DNA of 46,880 nucleotides, taken from NCBI GenBank assembly GCA_000708835.1, contig DF237614.1, positions 1-46,880 of the forward strand, read 5' to 3'. This DNA comes from Klebsormidium nitens (Eukaryota; Plantae; Klebsormidiophyceae). Under the pieces are notes generated by a model. It ran no database searches. It had not been told where the DNA came from and was given only the letters and a program-made list of their open reading frames with translations. A program made the translations under genes and the position numbers. This document shows positions 11,801 through 25,017 of the stretch, piece after piece; the first letter of the stretch is position 1; each line of letters starts with the position of its first letter.

Positions 11801-14800
11801 TTCGTCAAGACGTTTGTAACCCGATGTTTCCCTTCACCCAACTGCAGATTCCGTCCCCCCCACCATCTCGATTGCGCTCCAAGCCGCGGATGGAGAGGCG
11901 AGAGTCTTCGAACAACTCCGCCATGGACAACCGACCCTGTTTGTTTTCTGGGACTCGCTCGAGCCATTCCCAGGGCGCGCTGTCTTAAGCGAGCCAATTG
12001 AGCCATTCAGCGAGGACTCATTACTTGTGGAAGGGGGAACGCTGGTGGGATGGCAGAGGGAAGAGTCACTTGCTTCGGGGGGCACACGGAGGCTGTTGCA
12101 AGAGGGGGGTAACTCAAGCGCGGTCGCATATCGATTCCAGGTAAGAGGGGAAGGAAGCATCATCCGAATTGGAACTGCTGGTAGTTTGAGCTGCTGTACA
12201 TGGCGGAGCTAAGGAACCAGTGGGGCTGCAATTGTTATCATGATCGGCCGTTTTTAGACGGGAACGGTTGCGGTGGATACAGATGGAGAGGTGAAAGCAT
12301 GGCATGGTCCAAATGCAGTCGCTTTGCCGCTTTACTTGGTCGCGTACTCCTTCCCCTGCGAGGCGCATTTGTCTGCCCTTAGAAAGAGCTTCTGAGAGCG
12401 AGCAAAGTCGGAGAGCGTCGCACCAGGTTTCGAAAGTTTTTTGTGCGTCGATCAGACATCTGGACCGTCCATGTGTGCACATGTGACGAGCTATGCATCT
12501 TTGTCAGATGGTCATGTTGTTGGCAGCATTAAATATTGGGTCAACGTGTATAATCAGACTGAGGGGTGCTGCAAAGACACGGAGACCGTTGGATGACTCG
12601 ATTGGACGGCCAGGTCCAGGTTCGACTGCGTTCAGAAAACTCAATTTCTGCAACCTCCTTCTGAGTGCCATCTTGTGATAGCAACATTTTTGCTCTCGGT
12701 CTTATGACCGGGGAATCCAGTTCGCTTTGGAAACAAGCACGCATGTGCGAAATGAGGAGTTTCCGATGTGAACTTTGCAGACTTTGACAATGACATCAAA
12801 GGACTTGAGAGTGGCACATTCAGGTACATTCTAGCCGAGTAGTCTATAAATAACCGCCTTGAGACCACTTAGGTCATGGAACTTTGCACTGGAAACATTA
12901 TACGTTCATAGGGGAAAAAAGGTTAGGTTAGCGACGGTCAATTTGGAAGGTAAGCGGTCATAGATTGGTACGCAACAACCAAATCGGAAGGGAACAGATT
13001 AGGTTCGAAACGGGCAATCTCTTGAATCAACGGGTCGATTGTTCGCAAACGCTCGAATGCGAAGGGAACGGGTTTGGTCGGCACGGCCGGATGAAGGGAA
13101 AAAGGATTAAGATTTGTCCATCCAGGTGTTCCCTTCCGGGGTGGGCCCGTCCTTGATCCGAGTCTCTGCACGACCCGGGGCTACGGACCGGGCTCTGAAC
13201 CCCATGCAGCTGACCGGCGAGTCTGAGTACACCGTGTATTTTGGTAAGAAGACACCTGCGCTCCTTTTCCGTTCGATTCCTTAACCTTGAATGCTTCATG
13301 TTGCCACTGCACATGGCTGCTAAGCAAAGCTAGACTTGGAGCGGGTGGGAGCATCTTCTTAGGTGGTCAGATTAGCCTGTTACATTTGCATGCCATGGAC
13401 CATGTTTCAGGGCGTTTGTGCAGAGATCAGAGTGTCTAGAAGTCTTGATCTTGGAGACGCCTTTGTTGCGCGAGTCATTGCCATGAGAATGCTCTGCGCC
13501 TGCTCGAGTTCATCACTTCACTGTCAGACGGTCTCTGGGCCTAATATTTCACGGAGTATATGCTTCTGCATGCAGTCCTAGAGTTTGTAATATGTTCAGT
13601 CTGAATCTACTCTGCAAACATTGAGGACAAGCATGAAAGTTTGTGCTGGATGGAGTTTAGGATTGGTCGCAACAGCTTGAAGCACAGCAGTCTCGAAGAT
13701 AGCTCACTCCTAGTCATCCACTTTTGCAGACGCACGACGTCCCAAGGCCTTGCTGGCGCTCGTGGTCACCGGCCCAGCTGGTGTGACGTCACTGTCGAGC
13801 GCCCCTGAGCTGACATCAAACAGCGTTGTGGCAGTCCTGCTCTCCTTCGATGAAAGAGTCTATGGTTTCTCCCCGAGCTCTTTGAACATCACCAACGGGA
13901 CACTGACCGCGTGAGGAAATACATCTGCGCCCTTCACCTTGAGAGGCGAAAATCTCGAGATGCGACGCTGTTTGATTGGATCATGGTTTTGAAGTACTCC
14001 TTCGCGCTTCGAGAGGCCCAGTCTGCATTTCTTCTAACTACAAGCGACCAGGATGACTGAGACATGAATCTTGCATAAAGGGAAGACAAGTGCATACGTC
14101 TTGCAGTCGGCATGTAGTCTTCATAAAATAGTACAGCTGACTTCAGCATAGCGGATCAGAGTTCTCAGGTCAGAATGGAAGCCCCTACCTTCTTCTCGAT
14201 CCAGGTTTGGACCCGAGGAGGCCATTGAGTCGGGCGGCTCCTCGTATGCCCTCACCATAGCCATCGACCCGCTTGGAAACCTGCTCATTCAGGCGCCTGA
14301 GAACATCACCTTCAACGCAGTAGGCAAGGGGAACGAGGCGTCCAATCAATTGCAGGTCCAACACTGTAAGTCGCCCGGGGCAGCAGATCCCAGACGATGT
14401 CTCCACCCTTCATTTTAGCTCTGCCATTTCTATGCAATCGGCGAAGCCTTGGAAAATCGAGAGATCAATGTCCGTTGGTTCATCGCCCAACAGGCTCTTC
14501 GATTCGTAACCTGTATCCGACACAGCCGTTCGCCCCTGTCCCAAGATTTTACATCTTAAATCTGCAGACATTCTGCATCTCTGTAAGAATCAACAGGATG
14601 CCACGTCCGCTTACCCGGCCATGTCTTTCAAGATTGTCCTTATACCGTAGCTTCTCGGCTTGGCTGCCTTTTGGCGCTCTCCTGAAACGCTTCTCTTGCT
14701 TGTTTTAGCATATTCTGAAGCCCCAACATGTACTAAACCTATCGAGGAGCTAGGATAGAGCGTCAGTTTGAAACATGTGAGCAGAAATGAAGAAAGAATT

Positions 14801-17800
14801 GCTGCGCCTTTGCATTCCTATTGACATCTTACAATCTCGCTTAAAGTAGTAGTGGGTCGAGTCAATCTGCTGATGCATATAGATGCTGATTTTGAGTCGT
14901 AGAATCGCTGCCCATTAAGCCAACCCGCTTGTCTTCCTAAAACGGAAGAGTCTAAAATCTCATTGAGGAAAGTTGATTTTGGACTTCGCGCCAAGTGCAC
15001 CAGTCTAGCTGACTAACTTCTGTATTTTGTGTCTTTCTACCGAGATGCAAGGAGGCCGGCCTGCAAGTTCCTACGTAGGGCCTAGGACTAGGACCGTACT
15101 AAGACCACTGCAAGAAGAAGACTTTCACCACCCTCTGCTGACATCGTATCGTTGTATGAGCAGATGTGAAAAACGAGAACCTGGAAGCTGGGATCCGTGC
15201 GATGGCCGCTGTTTCGCTGGGCTTACTGGCGACCAGTGCTGGGGTGTCGGCATCCGTGAGCTTCATGGTGAGGAGAAACTATTGTTGGTTACTGAAGATA
15301 TAGGATAGGAGACTTGGGTTGGCATTCGAGTTCCCGCAAGGGCCTGTGGCAAAAAGTGCAAAGCACGGGCAATCTGCCACAGCTCTAAGATGAGACCAAT
15401 ATTCTCAAGGTTTGTTTGCTCGTTGCTTTTTCTGCTTCCTTTTTGCAAAAGGAACGAGCTCCTGGTATATTCGGCACAGCCAGACACGTGAGTTAAGCAG
15501 AGAGACTGCAAGGGACACTTATTGCTCTTCTCAATCCGGGGGGCGAGAAGTACAGTTTCGTTATCATAAGAGGATGATGCAACGGATTTGGCAGTATTCC
15601 ATTCGTCCATGGCAGCGTTTCATTGGTCCATGGCAGGATTCCGTTGGTCTATCGCAGGGTTCCTTTGGTTTATGCGGCGACTCTTGTAAACCAGAACCTT
15701 AGACCGACGTCGAAATGGCCAAACAAATCGCTAGAACCGTGCTTGCAGACCGCCGCCGCCAGCATCACGACATTCGCTGCGCGCCAGAACCTCCAAGCGC
15801 CGTTGCCAGCGCCCTACCTGGATGCGAGCTCGGGCCTCTCATTTTCGCTGTTCAACTGGCCCTGTCCCTTCGACGGTCTCATACCGACAGCTTCAGCTCT
15901 CGACAACCTACTGCCGGGAAACAGCGGCTCCCCAGAGCCACAGGCGCCGTTTGAAAGCCGCACGCTCACTTGGGACAATGGAAGCGTTCCGGTCCGCCTG
16001 ACGGTGCTCAGTCGAGCAACGGTGGAGACGGTTCCGTTCAATGCGAGCGTGGAGGCGGATCCGAGTATGTACGGCGCGGAACTGACGGTGAACGCGGACA
16101 GGCGGGCTCTTCTTGCAGAAAATGACGGGTATGTCTGCTTACTTCGTTACCTCTTGGGCTCGGATCTCGCCCTGAACATGTCTCGGAATCATGTGACCTC
16201 AGAACGCCTACCCCTGGTTTCTTGTGGCCGGCGGCCAGGTACAGCGTCTTCATCTGCAGTGTGACGTTGATATGTCTTTGAAAGTCTTCGCTGTGCCTTG
16301 CAGATTGCGCGCCCTGGTCCGAGCAGTCTTTTGGGTTCTCACCATCCTAGTTTTGATGGTGCTCTTCCACTCCAGCAAAGCGCTCGCAGCCTGGTGTTTG
16401 AGGCGCCACATCGCTCCCTCCCTCTTCGTCTTTCCCGGGCCCGAGCTCATCTTTCTGACCTTTGCAACCCTGCCGCTGACGCACCTGTGCGTCAGAGCGC
16501 TGACAGGTACGGCGTTCTGAACAACTTTTCTGCAGCCGGGCGTTCCCTTCTGAACACCTTTTCCGCAGCAATCTGGTTCCGCTCTGTACACCTTTTCCGC
16601 AGCAAGCCAATCCGCTAGAGTAGTACTACTCCCCAACGGACTTGGGGCTTTGATTCAGCGCCAGTGCGGTCTAGGATTCTGTCCTGGTTATGAGCACACC
16701 TCCTTCGAAGAGATTTGCTAGTATCCGAACGGGTTGCCTGGGGTGAACGATCTTTCGAAAGTGTAACCCTTTCTTTCTCGCCTTCTGTCTGCATCTACTG
16801 AAAGTAATATGCAGCCGTCAGTTTAGATTCCAGTCTGTTGGACCACATGTCGCGCGATTTTGTAGGATCTTCGACAAGTTTGCACTGCGCGCCACAGAGT
16901 TCGGGGTTTGGCTGCCCGACCAGCGGGTTAGTGACTACGCCAGTACCAGAAACGAAGGCCCGTGCGAAATCACTTAACCGATTGCTTCTGATTGTGTGTG
17001 CGTCAGCCTCTGAAATGACATGAATCGTTGATTGAAAGATGATAAAGATGAATCATGCGCATTGCGTAATTGGTCGTTGTACAGGTGGAACGATGGCGGC
17101 CATCGTGCTTGCATCGGTTGTTCTCACCTGCATCGCCGCCCACCTCGTCTTCCTTACCGGTATCCTTTGGATACATGTCGTGAATGTGAGTAAACCTTCG
17201 CTCACTAGTTAAGTTACAGCTATCATGTGGCTACCCAATGGTGAGCCGCTTAAAGCTTTCCAAGCGAACAGAACAGTCCGTCACGGGTTCAGGTTTCGTT
17301 CAGCTTTCTTTCAGCACACAGAAGCTGGCCGGCGGTTGTGACACCTTAAACGGATAGACGAACAGGTGTGGTCACGCTTGATACGCTCCGCTTGCGAAGA
17401 GGCCCCCATGTTTTCAAAAGAATCGTAGCGCACTTTCGGCGCTACCTCGTCTTCCTAAGTTCATTGTCCAAAAGGCAGGATACTCCCGACCTTCGTCTGA
17501 CGCTCTCTGCTCCATCCCCGTCTCAGAGCAAGTCGGTTGCGTTCGTCAGAGAGGACTCCGATGACGACACCCGCTCTTGCTTCCGCGCCCCGGTGCACGG
17601 CACGTGGCAGGTTGTTGACCCCTCGGAAGGGAATCTGTTCGTGGCAAAGTACGGCTTCTTCTATACCGACTTTGCCGGACGCCCCTCGAAATTGCACTTG
17701 AACAACAGAAGCTTCCGCACTGATTTAGAATCAGTTCAACTCGATCACAACGACAGGGACCTGGCCGTCGAAAGTGCCAATGCCAAGATGGATCCGCCAG

Positions 17801-19620
17801 CAAGGGCAATGGTGCCTGGGTCAGTTAAGCTCACATCGAGCACCGCTGTAGAAGAAAACGGCCGCTCGTACTTCACGGATAAGGAGGAGGTTGCGGAAGA
17901 AGCGAGACTGGCGCTCGAGGAAGGGGCTGAGAACGCGAGACGCGTGGTGCGCCGCGTCGGACGCTTCGGACCGAGCGCCGACCTGAGGCCGCTTTGGAAG
18001 GTGGTGTATCTGCTGATTGTGGTAAGTCAGTCACTGCTTTGCAGCGTACATGCAATAGTCGTTTCTCTCGACCAAAATGTGGAAGGTGATACTACCGTAC
18101 AAGGGCGAGAATTACCCCGGGATGGAGTAGTTAGTGTGATGCCGATGGCGTGGAATCGCTCTTTCTACATTGACTGCTGATGCTACGCCGGAGGTCTGAC
18201 AGACTATGAATCCTTCTTAGAAAATCTGATTGAATACCGAAATAGATGAACAAATCTACGGTGATATGAGAGCTTGAGCGAGACCGTCAAAAGCACGGAC
18301 CATGGAAGGGAGTCTTCTTGAGACGTCCTCCTGATACAGAAACGGAGCGCAAGTGCTGTGGGTAGAAAGGGAAAGATTCTTGTTGATTCAATGTCAGCAG
18401 AGAATGGTATCAGAAGGGGATTTCCCGGACCCAGATTTTGTACGCTTTGAGTTCCGAATTTCTTTCTCTTGATGGATTCCCTCAGCTTTGACAAAACCCT
18501 CCTTCTCCAACAGTTGGTCGAGATTTCCATGCTCGGTGCGACCAAAGGCATCCGAGCCTCGTACTGGCAAGTAGGGGTGTCGTTCTCTCTACGGCTGGTG
18601 CTCGTGATGCTGCTAATCCTTTTCAGGGTGAGCTCTTTCAAATTTTCTTCTCTCGTGTTCGTTCAGCGAGTCGGAAACGCAGAAAGTATGCATGCTGTTA
18701 TTCGTCAAGCTCTGCGGGACCTTCTTCTGATTGCAGCCAGCATGTGAGGATTCATTTTGGTGGCTTTAGACGGAATCGCGAAACGCTGGACGAAGCGAAA
18801 CGAACGTAACCGTTGAAAAGTCTCATCGGTCAAATCCTTAGCACGGTATCAGGCTTACACATCAGCAAGGACTAAGTACCGGCCAGTTTCGATCCGAACC
18901 GTTTCGTGGAGGCTCCGAAGCTCTGATCAAAGTTTCTAACAGGTTCGCCGAAACCCGCATGATCCAAGCTTCGAATTTTTTCGTCCTTTTTCTCTTGTTC
19001 ATCCAATGGGGTGTTGGCATATGCAAGATAGGCCGTAACAAGTCTCTGTATGTAGAGCACTTAACACCCTGATATTCGAATCCCGCCAGAGTGAAACAGG
19101 GAGGCGACCTTTACTCAGGAAGACTGTTGATCGAGTCGGCTCGGTCCCTGCTCTTTTATGCTCGCTGCGCCACGTACTTCTTCCCTACCCTAGGCTCTGA
19201 AGGAGCTCGCCAATACCAGCGGATGAATCTCTCATCATCTTCAAGCCGCGTCATCATTGCCACAAAAAGTGCAATTTGTTCAAGGACGATCATCTCATCA
19301 GTGAAGTGCGGTGTATCCCCTCCTGCACTGTATCCCCGCATCCTTCCTTCCGTGCACTTTTCCCACGCCATCTACTTTTTCCTGCGCTGAACCCTCTACC
19401 ATTTCTCCTTCGCCCCATCAGCCCTTCCGCGCAACGAGGCTACAGCTGGCGGAGGTTCTCAGCGCCATGTGCGAATTGGGAGTGGTGCTCTCTGCGCTGG
19501 CACTGCTGATCAGACAGAACGTTCGAAGCCCGGCTGGAAAGATGCGGACGACGCAGTCCGCCATTGGCTACGTCATGGTGGGCCTCCAGGTGGCGGCTGT
19601 TGTCATCTCAGTGGTTAACT
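8881..19620 (+). CDS. Multi-exon membrane protein: signal peptide, Pro/Thr-rich HRGP-like region, bacterial Ig-like (Big_12/Big_13-like) repeats, multi-pass TM C-terminus; 3' end not found
   Basis: Signal MRAPRLLPSFQLLLFLLLAAA. Phase-compatible GT-AG exons 11239-11392, 11848-12140, 13730-13910 and 14205-14365 give VDSVPPTISI..LSEPIEPFSEDSLLVEGGTL, FDARRP..SFDERVYGFSPSSLNITNGTL and YALTIAIDPLG..NAVGKGNEASNQL. TM exons lie near 16300-16506, 17087-17160, 18514-18626 and 19432-19620 (donor GTAAGC at 19621). Not all exons were resolved. Confidence 0.75.
16515..16603. repeat. Three 33-34 bp tandem units at the 5' end of an intron
   Basis: (t/c)tctg(a/t)aca(a/c)cttttc(t/c)gcagc at 16515, 16548 and 16582. 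Confidence 0.8.
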
Positions 19621-19994
19621 CGTAAGCTCCAAGAAAACCCCTCTCGTCATTCCTACTTCGGTTCTGTCTCCCAGCTGGCACTGGTACAAGCATCACGTTT
19701 TACTTTTAGGAGATTGCTCAGAGAATGTGCGCTTTTCCTCCTCAATTCCGCAAACTTATGCATACATGACTTGCATGGCACCGCCGGTTAAGCATTTTAG
19801 TCTTTTCTTCCTCATAAAATAAAAGAGGGCCCCATACAGCGCTTCAAAAGCGCTTCTAAAAAGTTGGAAGATGCCAAACCAAGGACGGCTTGACACACTC
19901 ATCTGCGTCGCCTGACGTTAAGGCTGCCATGTTTTCGGCTTTGCTGTCATTTCGTGCTACCAGCTGATCAACGAGGAACCCCGAATACATGTGG

Positions 19995-20485
19995 TAATTA
20001 CTGTCGTTGCACATATATTGACCCCAAGACGCAAAATTCTGTAACACTCTGGCAACAGGAGCAAGGCTCGTTGGATAAGCCCGCTGCGCTAGACTACTTT
20101 CCCATTGCAGTCCGTTAACCCACCTGGCCTCGGTGATGCGGTAGCAATCCGAGACTCCTGAATTAGACCTTGCACAAGTTCCTTCATTCCTGCATAATGT
20201 GCACACTGTTATGGTTTGAAGCAACAAGCTGACTCGAGGGGCTTGCATCAGCCATGTCAATTGATACACTCCTGAGCATGGGCACCTGTGCACAATGCCC
20301 AATGTAAGATCACAAACTCGTCTTGGTTTAACTCTTTGTGCAGAGTCATCACCGTCATAAAGGAAGGAATTGCCCGCGCAAGGGGTGGCTTCCATTCCAA
20401 CCCGCTCTAGATTTTGAGGTCGGGCATGGGTTTTCATTAATATAGCAAGGTTTATGACACGTTGCAGTTGCACCATTCGAAAAGG
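19995..20485 (+). repeat. Dispersed repeat B (deleted copy at 22561-22717)
   Basis: 19995-20048 and 20383-20485 match 22561-22615 and 22615-22717; ~335 bp are missing from the second copy. Confidence 0.85.
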
Positions 20486-22034
20486 CACTTTGTTTCAATA
20501 TGGAGAAGCAACCATGTTGGAGGCATATAAGAACACATAACGAGGTTGGCGGCTAGTGACGCAAAAGGCGAGCAGGAGTCGAGCTCCGGTCCGGGGTAGG
20601 GAGCTTCCGACGGCCACCTGTCGGGTGACGAAAACCGGGTGGCTGAGAGCGGAGCCAATGATCCAGACACTGTAGCACACGCCGAGGTTATCATGCACGA
20701 AGTAACTAGCTATACCCCTTTTGGTTAATTCCGTTGCGATTTGGAGTCGGATCATTGTAATTTTCTTTATTGACGGGGCCCTATAAGCAAGCCCTTGCCA
20801 TTCGCCACCTTTAGCAACTAATCCGCAATTATTCAGGGCCAGACAACTTCATAAGCAACCAGGGTTACGTCACTCGGGCCCACATTGATAGGTTCAATTA
20901 GGACTACTAAAAACGATTCATGCCATTAGTTCCTCATACTTCACACGCTTCTCAACTTTGTCAACAGTTCATCTCTTCACATTATTCTCTTCTACGCTTC
21001 TTGCATTTCACGCGCTGGCTGTCCACTGTCGCCTTTCATTTTGTTGTAACACATACATCCGTACAAAATCGTGTTAATTCTCGAGACGCGCTGGCTCTTA
21101 CTGGACGTCGCTTTGCCGGACCTAGCTCGACTGTCCGTGTCTCAATCTTACTTTCTGTGACTTCACTTGCGTGGACCGTTGTGAAGTAGCTTCGAGCAGT
21201 TCAAAGCGGGGTCAGCTGTGAATGGCGCCGGTAAAAGCCGCCGCTTCAAAAGAATACGCAGGTTCTACTGACTAGGGTCTGCCACAGACTTAAGGCGCCT
21301 CTTCAAGCGAGGGGCATCATGGCATCCTTGCATGTGTGTGTCTGGATTCCTTAGCTTGATCTGCATGACTCCATATATGCTTCGTGTCGAGTTTCGGCAA
21401 GGTGCTGGACAGCTACTTCCTCGACAAGATTGACGAAGGCACTCTGAAGCAGTTGGAGGAGGACGATGAAGCGCAAGAGAAAGCGCATCAGCGCTACATT
21501 GCGGACAGGGAGGTATGGAAAGTAGCACAGCTGAGGCACCGGTGTGGTGTGGTGTGGTGTAGTGTGGTGGGCAAAATGAGTCGGAAAACGGGGTGAGTGC
21601 TTGGTTTGAAGGGCAAATGGGGGCAAACAGCTCTGAAGCAGTACCTATCGTCATTACCGACTCGACAAACCGGAATGATTCTGCACCGTCCGATCTTGCT
21701 GCTGACGCGGCACAATGACTGTCTGACGAGGATCGGAAGGCAGTCAATTGGTCTAAAACCCTAAAACCCCCCCCTTAAACAAAAACCCCTAAATAAAGGG
21801 GTTTAAACTAAGGGTGTGTGTGTGTGGTGTGTGGTGAGTGTTGTGTTTCTAGGATATCCGGCATGAAGAGTGCCTCTCCGATAGAATGCAGCAACCCTTC
21901 CCCAGAGGGGATATCACACTGGCGCCTTTTGCGCGTTTGTGCCCCATTGAAGGTATAAGAATGGTATAAGAATGGGGTATAAGCGCTCTGCCAAAGGAAG
22001 GGGAAGGGGAAGGGGAAGGGGGACCCGTACCGTA

Positions 22035-23240
22035 CCGTATGACCACACATCTGTTATGCGAAAGTCGCCGCGTCGCACCTTAAAGATTCAATGTTGCCAT
22101 CCGAGTCAAGATGATGTCGCAAGACGTGGCGACGGACGTAAGTGCCTTTACAACTTGCCAATTGGCAAGGCATCAAGCTTTCCGAAAGTGTCGCCATGTG
22201 CGACAGATGAACTGCTCCCGATGCCGTACAATCGAGAAGTCAATCCCGTACCGTAGGGCTTGCTGGCTGTCAAAGCGGAAGCTACCGTACTTTATCCTCC
22301 CCCGATAGAACCCCCATACCTATTTTACGAGAGTCGCGGCACGTTGTCCAACTTTCTTGTCAAGCCGTTGACTTCCCTGGCATACGGCGTTGACTTTCTG
22401 ACTTCAGGTTTACTGTTATCATTATTATTATGGTAAGTTGAGTCTGTCTTGGCGATGCAGGCATTTTGGCGAAGTGCATGACTGTGGACATGTCGACAGG
22501 CATTTAATTGGCAAGTGCATGACCGTGAACATGTCTGCAAGCATTTTGGGATATATGTCGTAATGACTGTCGTTGCACATGTATTGACCCCGAGGCGCAA
22601 AATTCTGTACCACTGGGTGGCTTCCGTTCCAACCCGCTCTAGTTTTTGAGGTCGGGCATGGGTTTTCATTAATCTAGCAAGGTTTATGACACGTTGCAGT
22701 TGCACCATTCGAAAAGGAACTATATATAGTCCATCTTAGCGGATCATTTGTCCTTTAAAGACTTTGCATAATAAGGTTACTTTCCATCCCAATTGAAAGT
22801 GATGATATTGCCAATGATTGAGGAGGGGGCCCACAATCCTCAGCTCGTGCAACATGCCCCCTCTCAACCGCCGATGCCGTGACGGGCGTCTGCAGCGGAT
22901 CCGCCACTGTCACATCCACCAGCAACCGCGGCCCCGCTTGTGGGTCTGCGGCCACTAGATCCATCACCCTCCCCTCCGTTTCATCGCCCCTCAATGGAAA
23001 GATGCCCCTCGCCTCTCTCCTGACACTGAGCCCCGCCTCTTGAAGAATGACAAACACGACGTCCCGGATGCCGTCATGAGTGAGGGTCCGCTCTCCACCC
23101 CGCTCGCAGCGAATGAGACACTGCCCTGCTAGCTGCTGGGCACCTTTGGGGGTTGCTAGGCACACTGCATCCCTCAACGCTCCCTCTACGGTACCTGATC
23201 TACCGTAAAACGCGAGAATGTTCACATTTTGACATTACGG
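22035..23240. mobile_element. Putative non-autonomous Tc1/mariner-like composite element, TA|CCGTA...TACGG|TA
   Basis: GTACCGTACCGTA (22027-22039) and TACGGTACGGTAC (23236-23248) are perfect inverted 13-mers, with weak TIR similarity inward. It contains repeat A, repeat B and an RLE fragment. Confidence 0.4.
22839..23129 (-). pseudogene. Fragment of a non-LTR retrotransposon restriction-like endonuclease (RLE) domain
   Basis: C..GGERTLTHDGIRD (RHD-like), E, RVMDLV..LLVDVTVADP (PD..D-like), GHVARAE. It is truncated before the expected K..KY. Confidence 0.75.
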
Positions 23241-23557
23241 TACGGTACCGGTACTAGTACCGGTATTTTTGTGTCACTGCGAGAGAGTGTCGATATCCAC
23301 GATCTGACAGTCCCTTCTGGCGGCCTGCTTGGCGTCCCCTCTGTGTGCGTTGTGTGTTGTGTGTTGTCGTTGACATCCGACAGTCCGAAATGTACGCCCA
23401 GTCGGGCCAGTACCGCCTCGTTCTAGTGTCGTTGAGGGGTAAAACCCTAAAACCCTCAAATGAGGTCAGGGGGGGGTTTAGGGGGGTTTTAGGGTTTTAG
23501 GGGGTTCAGCAGAGCGTCCATCTCTAAGATGTTCCAGGCACAGTTCCGTCTACTACT

Positions 23558-23755
23558 TCAGCAGCAGCATCTGCGGTGTCCGGGTTCTCGATTGAACACG
23601 TATCTGCAGCAGCAATAGGCAACCGTCGATAGCAGCATGATTCCACCCAGCACTGAAATTGTTATGATCACCGCTAGCAACTTCCCGTCATCTTCATGTC
23701 TATCACCGGCCAGGCTTGCCGCCGCGGCGGCGTTGGCGGCGGCGACGCCCGACAT
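23558..23755 (-). CDS. Small single-pass membrane protein with Cys clusters
   Basis: 65 aa; TM LLAVIITISVLGGIMLLSTVAY followed by CCC, and a C-terminal CCC. Confidence 0.35.
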   Translation of the reverse strand: MSGVAAANAAAAASLAGDRHEDDGKLLAVIITISVLGGIMLLSTVAYCCCRYVFNREPGHRRCCC

Positions 23756-24374
23756 TATGCTCTAAGCGGAATTGTTTGTGACATGAGACGTTGTTCTCTG
23801 CTTAGCATTCGACTTCTTCGGGGCACCGGCCTTGCTCATGCTCGCTTTCAATGGCTTTGCGCCCCTTGTCTTTGACGTACGGAGATTGCGGTATTGGGAT
23901 GCCATGCTAGCCTGTATCGCATCGCGCATAGTTTTCAGGCCCGGTGCTACTGAGTTTGAACGAGCCAACCAACATGTAAGGAAGATTCTCAGTAACGTTG
24001 ATGATGCAGTGTAGTATCCACTTCTAATAAAAACCATCATGTTTATTTGTGTACACACTTCATCAAACTCTGACCACTTTTTTAGGGTAAAACTCTAAAA
24101 CTTTTAAACTCTTTTAAACTCTAAAACTCTTGTGCGGGATCGTACGGTCACACATGGGGGTTTCAGCCATACGTGTGGTGAACAGAATAGGCGGTGGACA
24201 AAGTACGCACACTTAGGTGCGACTTTATGAACTTGTGGCTGTCCCTAGTCGGCGAAGATTCGCAGATTTTGGATATCCGCGTGCGAGATTTACGAAGAAG
24301 GAAGGAACTTTGCTTCTCTTCCTTTCCATTGCAGACGAGTAGTTCTTCATCATTCAGCCGGATGAGACGGCGAG

Positions 24375-24664
24375 ATGGGCAACGACATTGCATCTCTTCG
24401 TCGATTGGTTGCGAAACTGGAGGGCCAATTGTTGCTTGCTGAGGCTTTGGTGAGGCAACTGAAGGAAGAGAACGCTGCTCTGATTGTAAAGAGCGACAAG
24501 CAGATAACATCGATGAATGCAGAGGCAATTGTGTGGGTGAGCAATGCACAGCTTGCGATCAAAGTGCTTGAGGGAGAGCTCAAACGCCTGACCACAGAGA
24601 GGGATGAGGCAATTTCAGCGAGAGATCGTGGAACCTGCAAGTACTGTATCGACATGACCCAATG
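24375..24664 (+). CDS. Coiled-coil exon ending in a CxxC (possible start of a RING finger)
   Basis: Heptad-rich LVAKLEGQL..LKEENAAL..LEGELKRL, then CKYCID, then donor GTAAGT near 24665. Confidence 0.35.
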
Positions 24665-25017
24665 TAAGTAGTTGACTAAACATTTGCACCTCGGTTTGAA
24701 ACTTCCTGCCATTGTAGTAGGATGCAGTAGTCCAAAAACAAAGTATGTAAAAACGTGAGGGCCCCATCAATCTAGGAGTGTTTGCTGAACACACTGGATT
24801 GTTGCTTCAAATTTTTGAACAGGGTCCAAGCCTGAGTCCAAGCCTGAGTCTGTAAGAAGCGAGTTGTTTGTTGTAGACGGGTTGTGAGAACCATGTTTGA
24901 TCTGTCAGATGAACCACCGAGAATTAGGCTAAGGATTGTACATGGAAGGCAAGTGCTTGAGAGCGTGCACTGGCTTACGTCTAAATGCCATAAACAAAGA
25001 ACTCAACGCTGCTGCCG

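Larger units (their letters stand above)
21753..23500. mobile_element. Putative element bounded by inverted telomeric-repeat termini
   Basis: Left CTAAAACCCTAAAACCCCCCCCTTAAAC (21753-21780); right GTTTAGGGGGGTTTTAGGGTTTTAG (23476-23500) is its near reverse complement. No TSD seen. Confidence 0.45.

Noticed and set aside
16515-16603. Repeat-spacer pattern in an intron
   Set aside because: Only three units with 11-12 bp spacers; an ordinary minisatellite
19827-20781. Harbinger-like GGGCCCC...GGGGCCC ends around repeat B
   Set aside because: 7-bp match only, with no TAA/TTA duplication
21384-21596. Acidic ORF as the final exon of the Ig-like gene
   Set aside because: Phase is compatible but the acceptor is weak and there is no recognisable homology; cannot be supported
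23441-23500. Chromosome end-to-end fusion scar
   Set aside because: The order is CCCTAAAA then TTTTAGGG, the reverse of a fusion signature
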